Below, one piece after another: positions 44,780 to 54,681 of a stretch of 64,000 nucleotides of DNA; the stretch's first letter is position 1; each line of letters begins with the position of its first letter. Origin of the DNA: a virus. The notes beneath the pieces were generated by a model that saw only the letters and a list, made by a program, of their open reading frames with translations, made no database searches and was not told where the DNA came from. A program made the position numbers and the translations under genes. The stretch lies in IMG/VR virus record IMGVR_UViG_3300018079_000003, positions 1-64,000 of that record. One strand, 5' to 3'.

Positions 44780-45565
44780 TTATGGGCATGCGACATAAAG
44801 ACTTACCGTAGTTGTATTTGCTCCATCTGGATTCACTCCAATTTTCCCGAATGAATGCACAAAGAAATATGGGTCGTTATGTGCGGCGGTTTCCTGCGCA
44901 AGGGCAGTTGCAAAACAACCCCATCCGTCTTCAAATAAAACACTAGTGCTACTTGTGCCATCATTCCAACGCAAAATGAAAAGCAACGCTGTTGTATACA
45001 TTCCGGGACATGATGGAGTATCGAATATGGCTCCGCTTTCATAAACCAACTTATAATTTCCCGCAGGCAAAGGATTTTCACCGTTGAACCAAGTCAACAC
45101 AAATTGTGGGTTCATCGTTTCCAATAATTTCCACCCATCAATGCAGCCGGGATCACCACCCGTAGGAGTCGTAACCGGATTGCCGGGCGGACCCTCTCCT
45201 TCAGGAGTAATGGGCGTGACTACATAGGTATCGCCCCCTCCCGGACTTCCGGGGGGTAAAGGATGTCCCGGACCTTCTGGGGGTTGTGGAACGCATTCAA
45301 ATATTAACACTAATTCTCCGTCGATTACTTGATAAATGTTATAGCACAACGCCCCCGGAACCGGCGTCCAATCCAGAAAAAATGGTCCGGGAAATTCACC
45401 CGCAATTACTAATCCGCCTACTTGCGGAATCGTTCCAAAAGGCTCCAACACAATGATCGGGACTCCAAAACCACTTCCCGACGCAACATCCCCCTCGCAA
45501 ATGGCCGGGGATACGTAATTAATGCACGGACGCCGGGCAAACAATATCTCCATTACCGAGGTCAC
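44780..45565 (-). CDS. Structural hypothetical protein with a Pro/Gly-rich linker
   Basis: 261 aa. Overlaps the upstream gene by 4 nt. Confidence 0.4.
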   Translation of the reverse strand: MTSVMEILFARRPCINYVSPAICEGDVASGSGFGVPIIVLEPFGTIPQVGGLVIAGEFPGPFFLDWTPVPGALCYNIYQVIDGELVLIFECVPQPPEGPGHPLPPGSPGGGDTYVVTPITPEGEGPPGNPVTTPTGGDPGCIDGWKLLETMNPQFVLTWFNGENPLPAGNYKLVYESGAIFDTPSCPGMYTTALLFILRWNDGTSSTSVLFEDGWGCFATALAQETAAHNDPYFFVHSFGKIGVNPDGANTTTVSLYVACP

Positions 45566-47559
45566 AAACCCTCCCCGAGGCTAAATATTCTAGGCACGAC
45601 TGTTTGTAACTCATGTTCCGCAAACTTAGTCGCCACACATAACGCCACCCGGTCGGCGGCGTCCTGCGATACAATGCTCTCGCCGGTTCCCACCCCAATA
45701 GCCGTAAATCCACTTTGAGAGATCGCCGCCGTTTTGCTAGCCATGAAAAGTCGAATTGCTTTAGCCGATAGCTGATCGACCACCGCGACGCGACTATCCG
45801 CATGAACGCCTTTGCCATCGAACCGAATTGCATTAAACGGAACTTCATTTATGCACGCCTGATTCGAGCCGTCCACCGGCACCGCCTCGTGTATCGCGCG
45901 TGTTCGTATCCACCGAATCGCAGCCGGACCGTGGCCCACGATCAATATCTGAAAACTTTCGTCGATGTCTTCGTTATTGGGAGATTCCACCGGGCACGAG
46001 CCGGTTTCCTCGTCCATGGATTTTTGGCTGGCTTCTTCCGTCCGCTCTACCCGCGACTGCGGCTTAAATCCAAATAACTTAGTGGTTGCCAAAATTTCAA
46101 ATTCCGGCATGAGACTGCCCCGCTCCACGGATAGTTGTTTTATCAATACCGGCTTATACGCGCCCCGCAAACCTCCCGCATAGAAAATTCCAAGATCGAG
46201 ATTTTCCTCAATCCCAACCAAGGCCACTTCCGCCCATCCAAATCTGCACTCTTCGCCGGGCGGTTTCTTTTCGGAGGTTTGGCCAAAATATCCGCGCGTT
46301 TCTACCGACCAAGTAATCGGACATTCGTTATCCAGACGTTCGGGACGGAAAACTTCCCACAAACGATTTTGGTCATCCACGTCTTTTGAGACATGATAAA
46401 TCCGGTCCTGCCCGACAATATGTCCATAAATCCACTCTACCGGGCGAGTGCCCATCCAATAACCCGCCCATGACGCCCCGGAATTGTCGTTTACCGTCTC
46501 GATGCTGGCATCATTTAAGACCCACGTATGTTTGTTATATAGGTCTTCCGAAGGAACGCTCATCAAGAGATATGATCCAAACGCCGCCCCCGCTACCAAC
46601 GACAGATCGTCGCTAAGTTGCGTTTTACTAATCATCATTTCGTTATCACGAATTGGCAGACGCGAAGTAATCTGAGACGCTTGCGCGGAGTCAAACATGA
46701 CGATCCCGGTATGACTAAACCACGACAGACGACCAAAATGTGACACGATTGATCGTTGAGAGGTGCAACCAATATTAAACACCTCCGCCTGAAAATTATC
46801 GGTGGTCGGCCATGACGCCCGGTCCCGAATATACGCCTGCAACAGTTCCGCGTTGGTATCCGTAAATACTAATAGCTGGGGGTTAATTAAAGCGGCGGTT
46901 TTTGCCATCGCTGTAACTTCGCTTTTAAACACAAACGCCGAAATTCCGCCGAGGTAAACGTCCTCCCGAAAACTAAACGGATTGGAAATATCGCTCGCGC
47001 GCACAAAATCTTTAAAGGCAACCCACAACCGGTCGCCCACCCACGCCATCGGCCCGCCGATGGGAGTCTCAAAAGGCCGATCCCTAATATGACCCGACTC
47101 GAAACCGTCGTAAAACGCCGGAGCCGTCGCGCCGCCGTCCTGAATGATTAGCACCGGACGCGCATCAATCACTTCAATTGCCGATCCTAAATCGGGGGTA
47201 ATCCGCCTCGCCGACTGAACTGTTTGCACCCAAAACATCTGCTTCGCAAAAGACGACATCAAAACATTGGGTAACTGTCGAAAACTCAGGAACGGATGGG
47301 GGGCGACATAAATCGCGCCGTCTACCGCGACGACGATTTCTTCCACGCCGGAGCGCGGACGAAAAAGGGCGGCCCCCTGAAGCTTGCCGGGCGGTAGGGT
47401 AATGATACACTTATAGCCGGGTCGGCAGGAGATCGAGCCACCAATGTTTAAAACATTCATGCCACTCCAATAGTAGCCAATCGGCACCTGCTCCGGCGCA
47501 CTGTCGGATTTGGCCCCTCTAAAGAAGGTTCCGTCGAAATCTTGGATCGGGACGGCCAT
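45562..47559 (-). CDS. Large tail protein (nozzle / tail tubular B-like, by position)
   Basis: 665 aa, immediately after a 315-aa gene, as with T7 gp11/gp12. No motif evidence. Confidence 0.35.
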   Translation of the reverse strand: MAVPIQDFDGTFFRGAKSDSAPEQVPIGYYWSGMNVLNIGGSISCRPGYKCIITLPPGKLQGAALFRPRSGVEEIVVAVDGAIYVAPHPFLSFRQLPNVLMSSFAKQMFWVQTVQSARRITPDLGSAIEVIDARPVLIIQDGGATAPAFYDGFESGHIRDRPFETPIGGPMAWVGDRLWVAFKDFVRASDISNPFSFREDVYLGGISAFVFKSEVTAMAKTAALINPQLLVFTDTNAELLQAYIRDRASWPTTDNFQAEVFNIGCTSQRSIVSHFGRLSWFSHTGIVMFDSAQASQITSRLPIRDNEMMISKTQLSDDLSLVAGAAFGSYLLMSVPSEDLYNKHTWVLNDASIETVNDNSGASWAGYWMGTRPVEWIYGHIVGQDRIYHVSKDVDDQNRLWEVFRPERLDNECPITWSVETRGYFGQTSEKKPPGEECRFGWAEVALVGIEENLDLGIFYAGGLRGAYKPVLIKQLSVERGSLMPEFEILATTKLFGFKPQSRVERTEEASQKSMDEETGSCPVESPNNEDIDESFQILIVGHGPAAIRWIRTRAIHEAVPVDGSNQACINEVPFNAIRFDGKGVHADSRVAVVDQLSAKAIRLFMASKTAAISQSGFTAIGVGTGESIVSQDAADRVALCVATKFAEHELQTVVPRIFSLGEGL

Positions 47560-48506
47560 TAGGAAACATCCCAGTCGCGCTTATCCACCAACGATTGAGA
47601 CCCGTCCATAACCACGACCGGATTAACCGTAGTATTCGGCTCGACTTTTTGCTGGGCTTCCAACTCCAAACGCACAGCAGTCACCTCATACGCCTGTGCC
47701 TCTGCTAATTTTTCGGCGGCGTAATACTTACGAGCCTGCACTCCCAACAGAAATCCTACTCGGCTTCGCAACGGGACGTGATCAAACCGGCTGGTAAAAA
47801 TCGGGTTCTTGCGCATGTATGCAATACGAACCCACGATGACGAACGGTTGATTTTAATCCTACGAAATTGTGGCACGGTCTCGTCTGGCTCATACACGCC
47901 CAAAAACACACCGTCTTGTTGCATCAGGGTAATCGAACCTGCGGACGGAGCCTTGTAAATTCCCGTAATGCGCGCAACAGTAGGCGCGGCGGTATCCGGG
48001 ACCGCAACTCCATAAATCGTGGGGACTTGGTATCCATCGACCCACTGCCCATCGACTTGACGACGCAGTTTGTTACCGTCTGAGTCATAACCATAGACTA
48101 GGAGTTCTTTTCCATTATCTTCGGCAAGCTGTAACTGCGTCACTAACTTTGCAGGTGCCGAAATATCTCGATACGTGTAGTGCCAAGCCCCGCCGTCTTG
48201 CCAAGACCACTGGCACCCCTGACAACAATCACCATTTCCATTAAGGTGAAAGCTGAAAAGTTGGCCGTAGCCTAGGGAGGGACGACCCCCGATATTCACT
48301 GCGATTACGGTCTCTACCTCTCGCGGTAATGTAAAACATTTAGAGTCACCTACGGAACATAAATCCAAGAAACCTTTGAATCCTTCTAGGTCCGCCTTAT
48401 TAGCAATCATTGTGACCACGTCCGCGCACCATCGAAATAGCTTTACATCGTCGCAAACCCCAATGATTTTTTTCGTCTCGTCTGCAATATCATCAATCCT
48501 GAACAA
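47559..48506 (-). CDS. Tail adaptor / tail tubular A-like protein (by position)
   Basis: 315 aa. Assigned by position only. Confidence 0.3.
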   Translation of the reverse strand: MFRIDDIADETKKIIGVCDDVKLFRWCADVVTMIANKADLEGFKGFLDLCSVGDSKCFTLPREVETVIAVNIGGRPSLGYGQLFSFHLNGNGDCCQGCQWSWQDGGAWHYTYRDISAPAKLVTQLQLAEDNGKELLVYGYDSDGNKLRRQVDGQWVDGYQVPTIYGVAVPDTAAPTVARITGIYKAPSAGSITLMQQDGVFLGVYEPDETVPQFRRIKINRSSSWVRIAYMRKNPIFTSRFDHVPLRSRVGFLLGVQARKYYAAEKLAEAQAYEVTAVRLELEAQQKVEPNTTVNPVVVMDGSQSLVDKRDWDVS

Positions 48507-49197
48507 ATCGCCCTCCCTTACGTAAGTTTTCTAATTTAAACAGCGGTTGAAGATTTGAAAAGTGAAAGCACCGTTTTTGCTGTTCAGGAATCGTCAAATC
48601 AAATTTACAGCATGGGTGGATGTGATCCACATGCCATTCAGGACCATAATTTTTCCACGACATGCCGGGACGAAACTGCTTTTCCAAATACGCGCGCAAA
48701 TCCGGCCATGAGCACCCGACCAATTCCACCGCCGCCCGAGACTTGACCGCGCCCCGCAATGCCTCGTTAATCCGTTTTCGCAATCGTTTTTTTAATTTAA
48801 AAGCTGGATCATTAAGGCAACGATATGCCTCCCGTGCCCGACCCAAATCCCGAACCCTCGGTCGGTTATGTAACCGCCACGCTTCAGTAGAAGCACGAGA
48901 TTTTTCAGGATTATTTAACGCCCACTCCCGGTTAGACGCCTTGATTTTTTCAATATTTTTTGCCCGCCAAGCGCGCCCGTATGCGCGGCTTTTTTCCCGA
49001 TTCTTTTCTCGCCATGCGCGACCCGCCGCTCTTATTTTACCGGGATTTAACGACTGCCACTTACGAACCCCCGCGCGTGCTTTTTCTAAATTTTTATTTC
49101 GCCACTCGCGACACCGTGCGCGGGCTTTATCGGGGTTCATAGCTCGCAACTCCGCCCGCCGCCTAGAAATTTCTAATGGAGTGCCAGAATGTGGCAT
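48493..49197 (-). CDS. HNH endonuclease with an N-terminal basic repeat array
   Basis: C-terminal WHVDHI.P......N.QPL....N..K (HNH). The N-terminus has ~7 repeats of the type R.WR.KN.EK.RA. Confidence 0.7.
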   Translation of the reverse strand: MPHSGTPLEISRRRAELRAMNPDKARARCREWRNKNLEKARAGVRKWQSLNPGKIRAAGRAWREKNREKSRAYGRAWRAKNIEKIKASNREWALNNPEKSRASTEAWRLHNRPRVRDLGRAREAYRCLNDPAFKLKKRLRKRINEALRGAVKSRAAVELVGCSWPDLRAYLEKQFRPGMSWKNYGPEWHVDHIHPCCKFDLTIPEQQKRCFHFSNLQPLFKLENLRKGGRFVQD

Positions 49198-49198
49198 C

Positions 49199-49537
49199 TT
49201 AGTATTTTCCTTTTTTCATCTTCTCAGATACTATAGCATCTAACGCATCTTCTGTCTCCCTATTATTTTTGGTCGGCGGTTCGGCGTCATCCGATTCGAC
49301 ACCTACAATCTCGCGAACCTCAAACGTGCAAGAATACGTTTTGCCCGACCGCTCGTTGTCGGTCATCGTAAGGCTGGTTTTTTTATATCGAATCGTCATC
49401 CGGCCCTCGTGCGGCACGTCGATTTTTTCTTTTCCCGAATAATGAAATTCGGGATAGTGTTTTTCATCCATGCGATCCCCCGGCATCACTGACGGATTAT
49501 CCCATTTTTGACCAAGATTAAGATTTAATTGTTTCAT
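49199..49537 (-). CDS. Hypothetical protein
   Basis: 112-aa ORF between the fibre gene and the HNH gene. Confidence 0.45.
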   Translation of the reverse strand: MKQLNLNLGQKWDNPSVMPGDRMDEKHYPEFHYSGKEKIDVPHEGRMTIRYKKTSLTMTDNERSGKTYSCTFEVREIVGVESDDAEPPTKNNRETEDALDAIVSEKMKKGKY

Positions 49538-49542
49538 AATTT

Positions 49543-50874
49543 TTATGCGGGCGTAACCACGCCCTCGCGAATTTTTACCGAAAAAGTATTCATCGTGCGC
49601 GCGGCGCTCGCAAGATTTTTAACACCATAAGCGTGCCGCATCGCCGTGTCGGCAGTTGGAAGGGTGGTTATAACCGTCGCGACCAAGGCGCTCCCGATAT
49701 AAAATCGAATTTCCCCCCCGCCTCGATTCCACTCAATTCGGAATAGTTGTCCCACCGTTGTGCTTGGCGCAACGCCCGTATCCACAACCGTCTGACTGGT
49801 TCCGTCACACACCACGGCTTGCCAATTCGTATCCGGGAGCGACGTTGAAAAGCGGAATCCAACAAACACTACGGTCATCGTTTCGGTCTGCAAAAATAAA
49901 TTGGCAGCGGTCGCGTTAGTGTATCCAAGCCACGAACGAGTGCTGACCGTCTCGTTCAGCTTGACCCACATAACTGTCTTATTGTTTAAACTAAACAATC
50001 GAAACGACGTGGTGGGGGATTCGTAATAGGCCGAATTGTTTGTAGTCGCCGATGTGCGTAGGTCACGACCCTGTGGATTGTTTGCGTCGGCGGCAACCGC
50101 GTTTACCGAAGACGCCGTGGAAGTCCATGCATCCCCGATTAGTGTAACGCCGCCATTATGAAAATTCTGAGATCGCTCCGCAAAAAATAACCAATCACTA
50201 ACCGTCCCGCCCGCACCCGGAGGCCCCGTCGCGCCGGTATCACCCTTGTCCCCTTTCGGGACAAAATCAATAACGACTTCATCCGGTTGGACCAACGTTC
50301 CTGATTTAACGATGTTCGCGACCGTGAAAGTATCCCACGTCCCGTTATCGGTAATTACCCCGCTAATTGAAAAAATTGAAAAGACCGCTGGATTGGTTTT
50401 TTTGCGAACTGTTAAGGTTCCCCTGATAGTTGAAGTGCTGTCGTCCCACGTCGCCAGATACGCCGATAGACTATTCGTATCATCGTCTGTCTCGGAAATA
50501 AACAGCGCCGTCGCGAGGGCCAGATCGGCATTATTAAACCGCAAAACTCCCGCGCCGGGATCGCCCGATGAAGTCGTGCCGCTGTAAACGTAGTTAAGCC
50601 CGGTGCTGACTCCATCCGCCCCATTCGTGCCGTTGGTTCCATTCATTCCGGGCGCTCCATCATTTCCGGGAACACCTTGAATGCCTTGCGGGCCGGGGTC
50701 ACCCTCGGGACCGGTCGATCCAGCCGGACCGGTTGCGCCCACTGGACCCTGCGCTCCAACAAAATCAGGAGGCACCCGCCGCAATCGAAATACGTCCGGC
50801 GAAATTTCCACGGTGCAAATCACAAACCCATCTTCGACGATAGCGTTCCAAATTGGAATTTCAGATACCCTCAT
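49543..50874 (-). CDS. Collagen-like tail fibre protein
   Basis: A G-X-Y run GAQGPVGATGPAGSTGPEGDPGPQGIQGVPGNDGAPGMNGTNGTNGADG and a second run GDKGDTGATGPPGAGG. Confidence 0.65.
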   Translation of the reverse strand: MRVSEIPIWNAIVEDGFVICTVEISPDVFRLRRVPPDFVGAQGPVGATGPAGSTGPEGDPGPQGIQGVPGNDGAPGMNGTNGTNGADGVSTGLNYVYSGTTSSGDPGAGVLRFNNADLALATALFISETDDDTNSLSAYLATWDDSTSTIRGTLTVRKKTNPAVFSIFSISGVITDNGTWDTFTVANIVKSGTLVQPDEVVIDFVPKGDKGDTGATGPPGAGGTVSDWLFFAERSQNFHNGGVTLIGDAWTSTASSVNAVAADANNPQGRDLRTSATTNNSAYYESPTTSFRLFSLNNKTVMWVKLNETVSTRSWLGYTNATAANLFLQTETMTVVFVGFRFSTSLPDTNWQAVVCDGTSQTVVDTGVAPSTTVGQLFRIEWNRGGGEIRFYIGSALVATVITTLPTADTAMRHAYGVKNLASAARTMNTFSVKIREGVVTPA

Positions 50875-51074
50875 ATATTATCCACGCAAAGAAAATCGTT
50901 GTTATCTTCTAAAACAACCACACTATTATCTTCCAATAAAAAATCACAGGCTTCGATAGAAAGCAGAGGTGGGACGTTTAAACTATACCGACTCGCCCGG
51001 ATGAACCGCGCCGGGGGGCAACACGAATTCGCTAAATCCGGCCCGCGATAAACCGGTTTATTGCAATTTGACAT
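50871..51074 (-). CDS. Small hypothetical protein (possible fibre chaperone)
   Basis: 67-aa ORF filling the gap between the two fibre genes, with an ATGA overlap to the downstream fibre gene. Confidence 0.3.
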   Translation of the reverse strand: MSNCNKPVYRGPDLANSCCPPARFIRASRYSLNVPPLLSIEACDFLLEDNSVVVLEDNNDFLCVDNI

Positions 51075-52077
51075 ACGTTATTGTCGTCCGCAATGCCACC
51101 GCCGCTACGACATCCACCGTAGTGCATTTACCCCGTAAAGTAATTTGAGTATTATCTCCCGGAATCGCCGTCTGAACGGTAAACGACATAGTTTTCAGTC
51201 CGTTAACTCCTACATTGGACAGGGCGTGTTCTGATCCTCCTAAATCCAACGATGTCGTATTATTTCGCAAAATAAAAAATACCTGATCTGACGCAAGCAC
51301 TCCCGCCAATCCTACCACGTCTACCGAGACCGTAATTTGATAAGTCCCCGAGGTCGGCAATAAAACGCGCGCTTCCGAACCCCCGAAATCCACCGCAGAA
51401 TACGTAACTCCTAGATTATCATCAGTTCCCGACGTAAGAAAATACATCCCATTAGTTGCGGTATGAGAAACACCCGGCGATCCCGGCGGACCTGCCGGTC
51501 CTTGCGGGCCTGCCGGACCCGTTACGCTCTGGCCGGGAAAACCCGAAGGAACAACTAACTTACCCGCCGTAATTGTCGCGGGCGCGCCGCCCAAACCTTG
51601 AACTAACGTTACCCATAGCGTGCCCGAACCGTCCTTAGCCGTAATCTGATACCAACCCGAAGTATCAATAAAGATATACGATCCTACCAACAACGCCGGA
51701 TTGTATTGGGTCGAAATTTGTCGGTTCGGATCGCCAGAATTCGGCTGCGAAAAACTCGCAAGTGTTACCGTAAAAGCATTACTGCCATTTGCCCCCGCCA
51801 CGCCCGGGATGCCTGCGGGGCCGGTTGCACCAATAATCCCCTCTTGGAACAGTCGTATAAAATAACATGCGAGGCCCTCGTCACTCGCGCGAGGATTATT
51901 GTCCAACCCGATATCCAGACTACACGGCAAGGACCACGTCACCACGCCGTTCACTTCTGTTTTTACCACCGCACCAAAAAACTGTGTGGTAAAATTCTGA
52001 ATCTGCGAAGACAGTGCTTCGCATTCAATTGTGCTCGTCTCCGGGCAACAACAAGGACTACAACCGCACCCACACAT
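51058..52077 (-). CDS. Collagen-like fibre protein with a Cys-cluster N-terminus
   Basis: G-X-Y runs GATGPAGIPGVAGANG and TGPAGPQGPAGPPGSPG. The N-terminus is MCGCGCSPCCCPE. Confidence 0.6.
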   Translation of the reverse strand: MCGCGCSPCCCPETSTIECEALSSQIQNFTTQFFGAVVKTEVNGVVTWSLPCSLDIGLDNNPRASDEGLACYFIRLFQEGIIGATGPAGIPGVAGANGSNAFTVTLASFSQPNSGDPNRQISTQYNPALLVGSYIFIDTSGWYQITAKDGSGTLWVTLVQGLGGAPATITAGKLVVPSGFPGQSVTGPAGPQGPAGPPGSPGVSHTATNGMYFLTSGTDDNLGVTYSAVDFGGSEARVLLPTSGTYQITVSVDVVGLAGVLASDQVFFILRNNTTSLDLGGSEHALSNVGVNGLKTMSFTVQTAIPGDNTQITLRGKCTTVDVVAAVALRTTITYVKLQ

Positions 52078-52080
52078 AAA

Positions 52081-52593
52081 TTATTTTCCTTTTATTTGTC
52101 CGCGCAACTCTCCATGCCGGTGACTAAACCAGTAAAGCAAAACGGCCCCAACTCCGAGACACAAAATCAAAATTTCATTACCGACAATCAGGGATGGCAG
52201 CGCCATCAGCGCAATTCCGGCCGCAACCGCTACTGCACTAGTTGTCGCACTCCCCACAATAGCCTTCAACGGGGGCCACACAAACGACGCCGCGCCCGCC
52301 ACGAAAAGTAGCAAACCAACCCAAACGACGCCCTTCAGAGAAGCTAGTTTTGCTCCCATTTCTCGGGCCGTGTCTTTTTGGGCCGCACCGATTTTGGTTT
52401 TCACCCGTTCGGTAACTTTATTTCCCTCCGTCACACGCTCGAATTCCTGCGTCGTGCCGGTCTTTGGGTTTTCTGACTGCTCAACCCCTCCCGAAATACC
52501 GGACGGGCTTTGAAAATGGCTGCGTCCGCCCTTTTGAGACGCAATGCAACCAGAAAGCAACAGCCAAATCAAAATTAAAAATCCGATCTTCAT
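52081..52593 (-). CDS. Lipoprotein-signal membrane protein
   Basis: Lipobox LLSGC after a hydrophobic leader, and a C-terminal half with about three hydrophobic helices. Confidence 0.5.
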   Translation of the reverse strand: MKIGFLILIWLLLSGCIASQKGGRSHFQSPSGISGGVEQSENPKTGTTQEFERVTEGNKVTERVKTKIGAAQKDTAREMGAKLASLKGVVWVGLLLFVAGAASFVWPPLKAIVGSATTSAVAVAAGIALMALPSLIVGNEILILCLGVGAVLLYWFSHRHGELRGQIKGK

Positions 52594-52802
52594 TCGGAGG
52601 GTTTGGTTTTTAATCGACGAACCACATAAATCGCCGTCGCGACGCCAATGATAATTTGAACCAACAGTAGCGCAACCCGAAGATATGATTCAATCCCAGC
52701 AACCGCAGTCTCTTGCGCGGCTTGAACCGCCTGAACCCCCGCCCCCACAAAATTAGTCCCTACCAGCGCGCCAACTTTGGTTGCCTCTGATAAATTTTTC
52801 AT
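52590..52802 (-). CDS. Small membrane protein (holin-like)
   Basis: 70 aa with a hydrophobic C-terminal helix and a basic tail RRLKTKPSE. Confidence 0.4.
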   Translation of the reverse strand: MKNLSEATKVGALVGTNFVGAGVQAVQAAQETAVAGIESYLRVALLLVQIIIGVATAIYVVRRLKTKPSE

Positions 52803-52810
52803 ATTCTTTT

Positions 52811-52850
52811 TCCAAAAAGGGGTTTTGATCGTTTCCGACCAAAACCCCCC
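52811..52850 (-). terminator. Rho-independent terminator after the capsid gene
   Basis: Minus strand reads GGGGTTTTG-12 nt-CAAAACCCC followed by TTTTT. Confidence 0.7.
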
Positions 52851-52897
52851 GTGACCATGACGGCTTTGACTAATTACTCAGCCTCGGCCCACCCCAA

Positions 52898-54196
52898 TCA
52901 GGTCAGATCAGCGCAAGGGTCTTCCTCGCACACACCAACCGTAGCGAACGCATCAGCCCCAGTGAAGCTAGAAGCCACCGGATCGGCGCAATCCACCAAG
53001 CCCAAGTCGGCAAGACAACGCTTATAAGCAATCGCAATGACGTGCTGCGGGCGCAGCGGTTTATACGCGCGGGTGATCTGATATTTGTGGAAACCAAAGT
53101 CGCCCCAAATATTGTTACAATCCATGCTGTAGAACCATTCCAATTCACCCATGTGGAGTTGCGGAGCAAACTTAAAGCTGCCCTCGCCCACGTAGCGTTC
53201 CGGCACCTGCCGCTCGAACGAACCGTCGGCAAGCAAGAAACCGATCTCGTAAAGAGCATCCGTCCAAGCCGGATTAACCTTCGCATACGCCGTTTTCTTT
53301 GCCGCGTTTGAGACAATAATAACCGGATTGATCAGCACCGGCATACCGGCACCATCCAAAACGTTAAACCGTAACGAACGTTGATCCACACCGAAGGCAA
53401 GACCACGATACGCGGGAGATTCCTCGAAACTGTAAGCCTTCAAGGTCGTTTCGCCGAGTTTGTAGCCGCCCGAGGTAAGACAACACATCGTATTCTGCAC
53501 GCCGACTTCGCTGCGGAAGTATTCGACTTGGTCCGCCCCGCCGATGAAGCGGAAGTGGCCCATGCCTTTGTCAGTCGAAAACCATTCGCCGAAAAGCTGC
53601 TCCCGAAGGTAGCGAGCGAGGTAGTGAAGCGCCTTGAAGGTCATCGGCCCGGTGGGCAGGATGGGCGCAAACTTAACGCCGAGATCGGTTTCGGACCCGC
53701 CCGTAAAGAGCGAATTGAAATCGAAGGTGGCGTTTGCTACGAACTTGGAAGCCGAACGCAAATACAACTGAGCGCGGATGTCCGCGTTGATGTATTGCAC
53801 GATCAACTTCTTGAGAGAGTCCTCGGCAGTCGTGTAGCTGGACTTGAAGGCCGAGTAACCCTGCTTGACGCAGATGTTGGGGCCGCGACCCCGAAACGAT
53901 TCCAGTTGGACCGTAAAATTGACGGTATCCGTCAGGTCTTGATGACCATTCAACCCGCAAATTTCGGTATCGCAAACGAAGGTCGGAATGGCGAGACTAT
54001 CGCCGGGAGCCGCCTGCATTTGAACAACGGAACGCTGTGAGTCGGAAGTGCCAGCGGGAAACGTCCCGCCGCCGATCACGTTCATAAAAACAGAATTGGC
54101 CGCGAGTGCTTTTGCGATTGCCCCGACAATTCTGTTATGGTCCTTACTAGCAATGTCTGAAATTTGTGACGGATCGTCACAGTATGAAACAGCCAT
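52898..54196 (-). CDS. Major capsid protein (by position)
   Basis: 432 aa, downstream of portal and scaffold. It is flanked by its own promoter-like motif and terminators, as expected for the most highly expressed gene. No motif check was possible. Confidence 0.6.
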   Translation of the reverse strand: MAVSYCDDPSQISDIASKDHNRIVGAIAKALAANSVFMNVIGGGTFPAGTSDSQRSVVQMQAAPGDSLAIPTFVCDTEICGLNGHQDLTDTVNFTVQLESFRGRGPNICVKQGYSAFKSSYTTAEDSLKKLIVQYINADIRAQLYLRSASKFVANATFDFNSLFTGGSETDLGVKFAPILPTGPMTFKALHYLARYLREQLFGEWFSTDKGMGHFRFIGGADQVEYFRSEVGVQNTMCCLTSGGYKLGETTLKAYSFEESPAYRGLAFGVDQRSLRFNVLDGAGMPVLINPVIIVSNAAKKTAYAKVNPAWTDALYEIGFLLADGSFERQVPERYVGEGSFKFAPQLHMGELEWFYSMDCNNIWGDFGFHKYQITRAYKPLRPQHVIAIAYKRCLADLGLVDCADPVASSFTGADAFATVGVCEEDPCADLT

Positions 54197-54347
54197 ATAT
54201 GTAAACCTTTAACACGAGGCAAATTTTCCGTCGCCTCATCCGGTTGCAGCAAACAATCCGCCGCAAGGATGTATTGTGTTTTTCGTTGTGGCCATCAACG
54301 AAAATTAAGGCCGTCTCGGAAGCGCCAACCCGAGAATTAGGCGCTCA

Positions 54348-54381
54348 AAGAAACAGTGGGAAGTATAAGAAGAAAGGTCAA
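54348..54381 (-). promoter_or_regulatory. TTGACC-N17-CACTGT promoter candidate with a CCACTGTTTCTT 12-mer
   Basis: Starts immediately after the terminator T-run and lies ~150 nt upstream of the capsid ATG. Confidence 0.55.
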
Positions 54382-54384
54382 CTA

Positions 54385-54413
54385 ATAAAAAGGCGGTCGA
54401 AAATCGACCGCCT
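54385..54413 (-). terminator. Rho-independent terminator
   Basis: Minus strand reads GGCGGTCG-atttt-CGACCGCC followed by TTTTTATT. Confidence 0.7.
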
Positions 54414-54437
54414 CCAACATACAAAATTTTTGTAGTT

Positions 54438-54665
54438 TTATGCCTCAGACACGCATAGCACGAGCCGGAGCAAAGTCGCAATTGGCTCGTCCCGCAATCC
54501 CTCCTGTAGGGTGCCGGGGCACCCGCACGTAAACCCGCACTCACTGCTAAAGATACGCTCAAGTTCGTCCGACGTTCGCTGATCGAGAAATTTACTGGCC
54601 GGACCCTGCCGGAGATAGTTGATCAACCAAGTGAGTTGGGCCTGTTGCTCTGCCGTTAATGTCAT
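54438..54665 (-). CDS. Small hypothetical protein
   Basis: 75-aa ORF lying between a promoter motif and a terminator. Confidence 0.45.
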   Translation of the reverse strand: MTLTAEQQAQLTWLINYLRQGPASKFLDQRTSDELERIFSSECGFTCGCPGTLQEGLRDEPIATLLRLVLCVSEA

Positions 54666-54681
54666 AAATTTTTAAGGTTAC

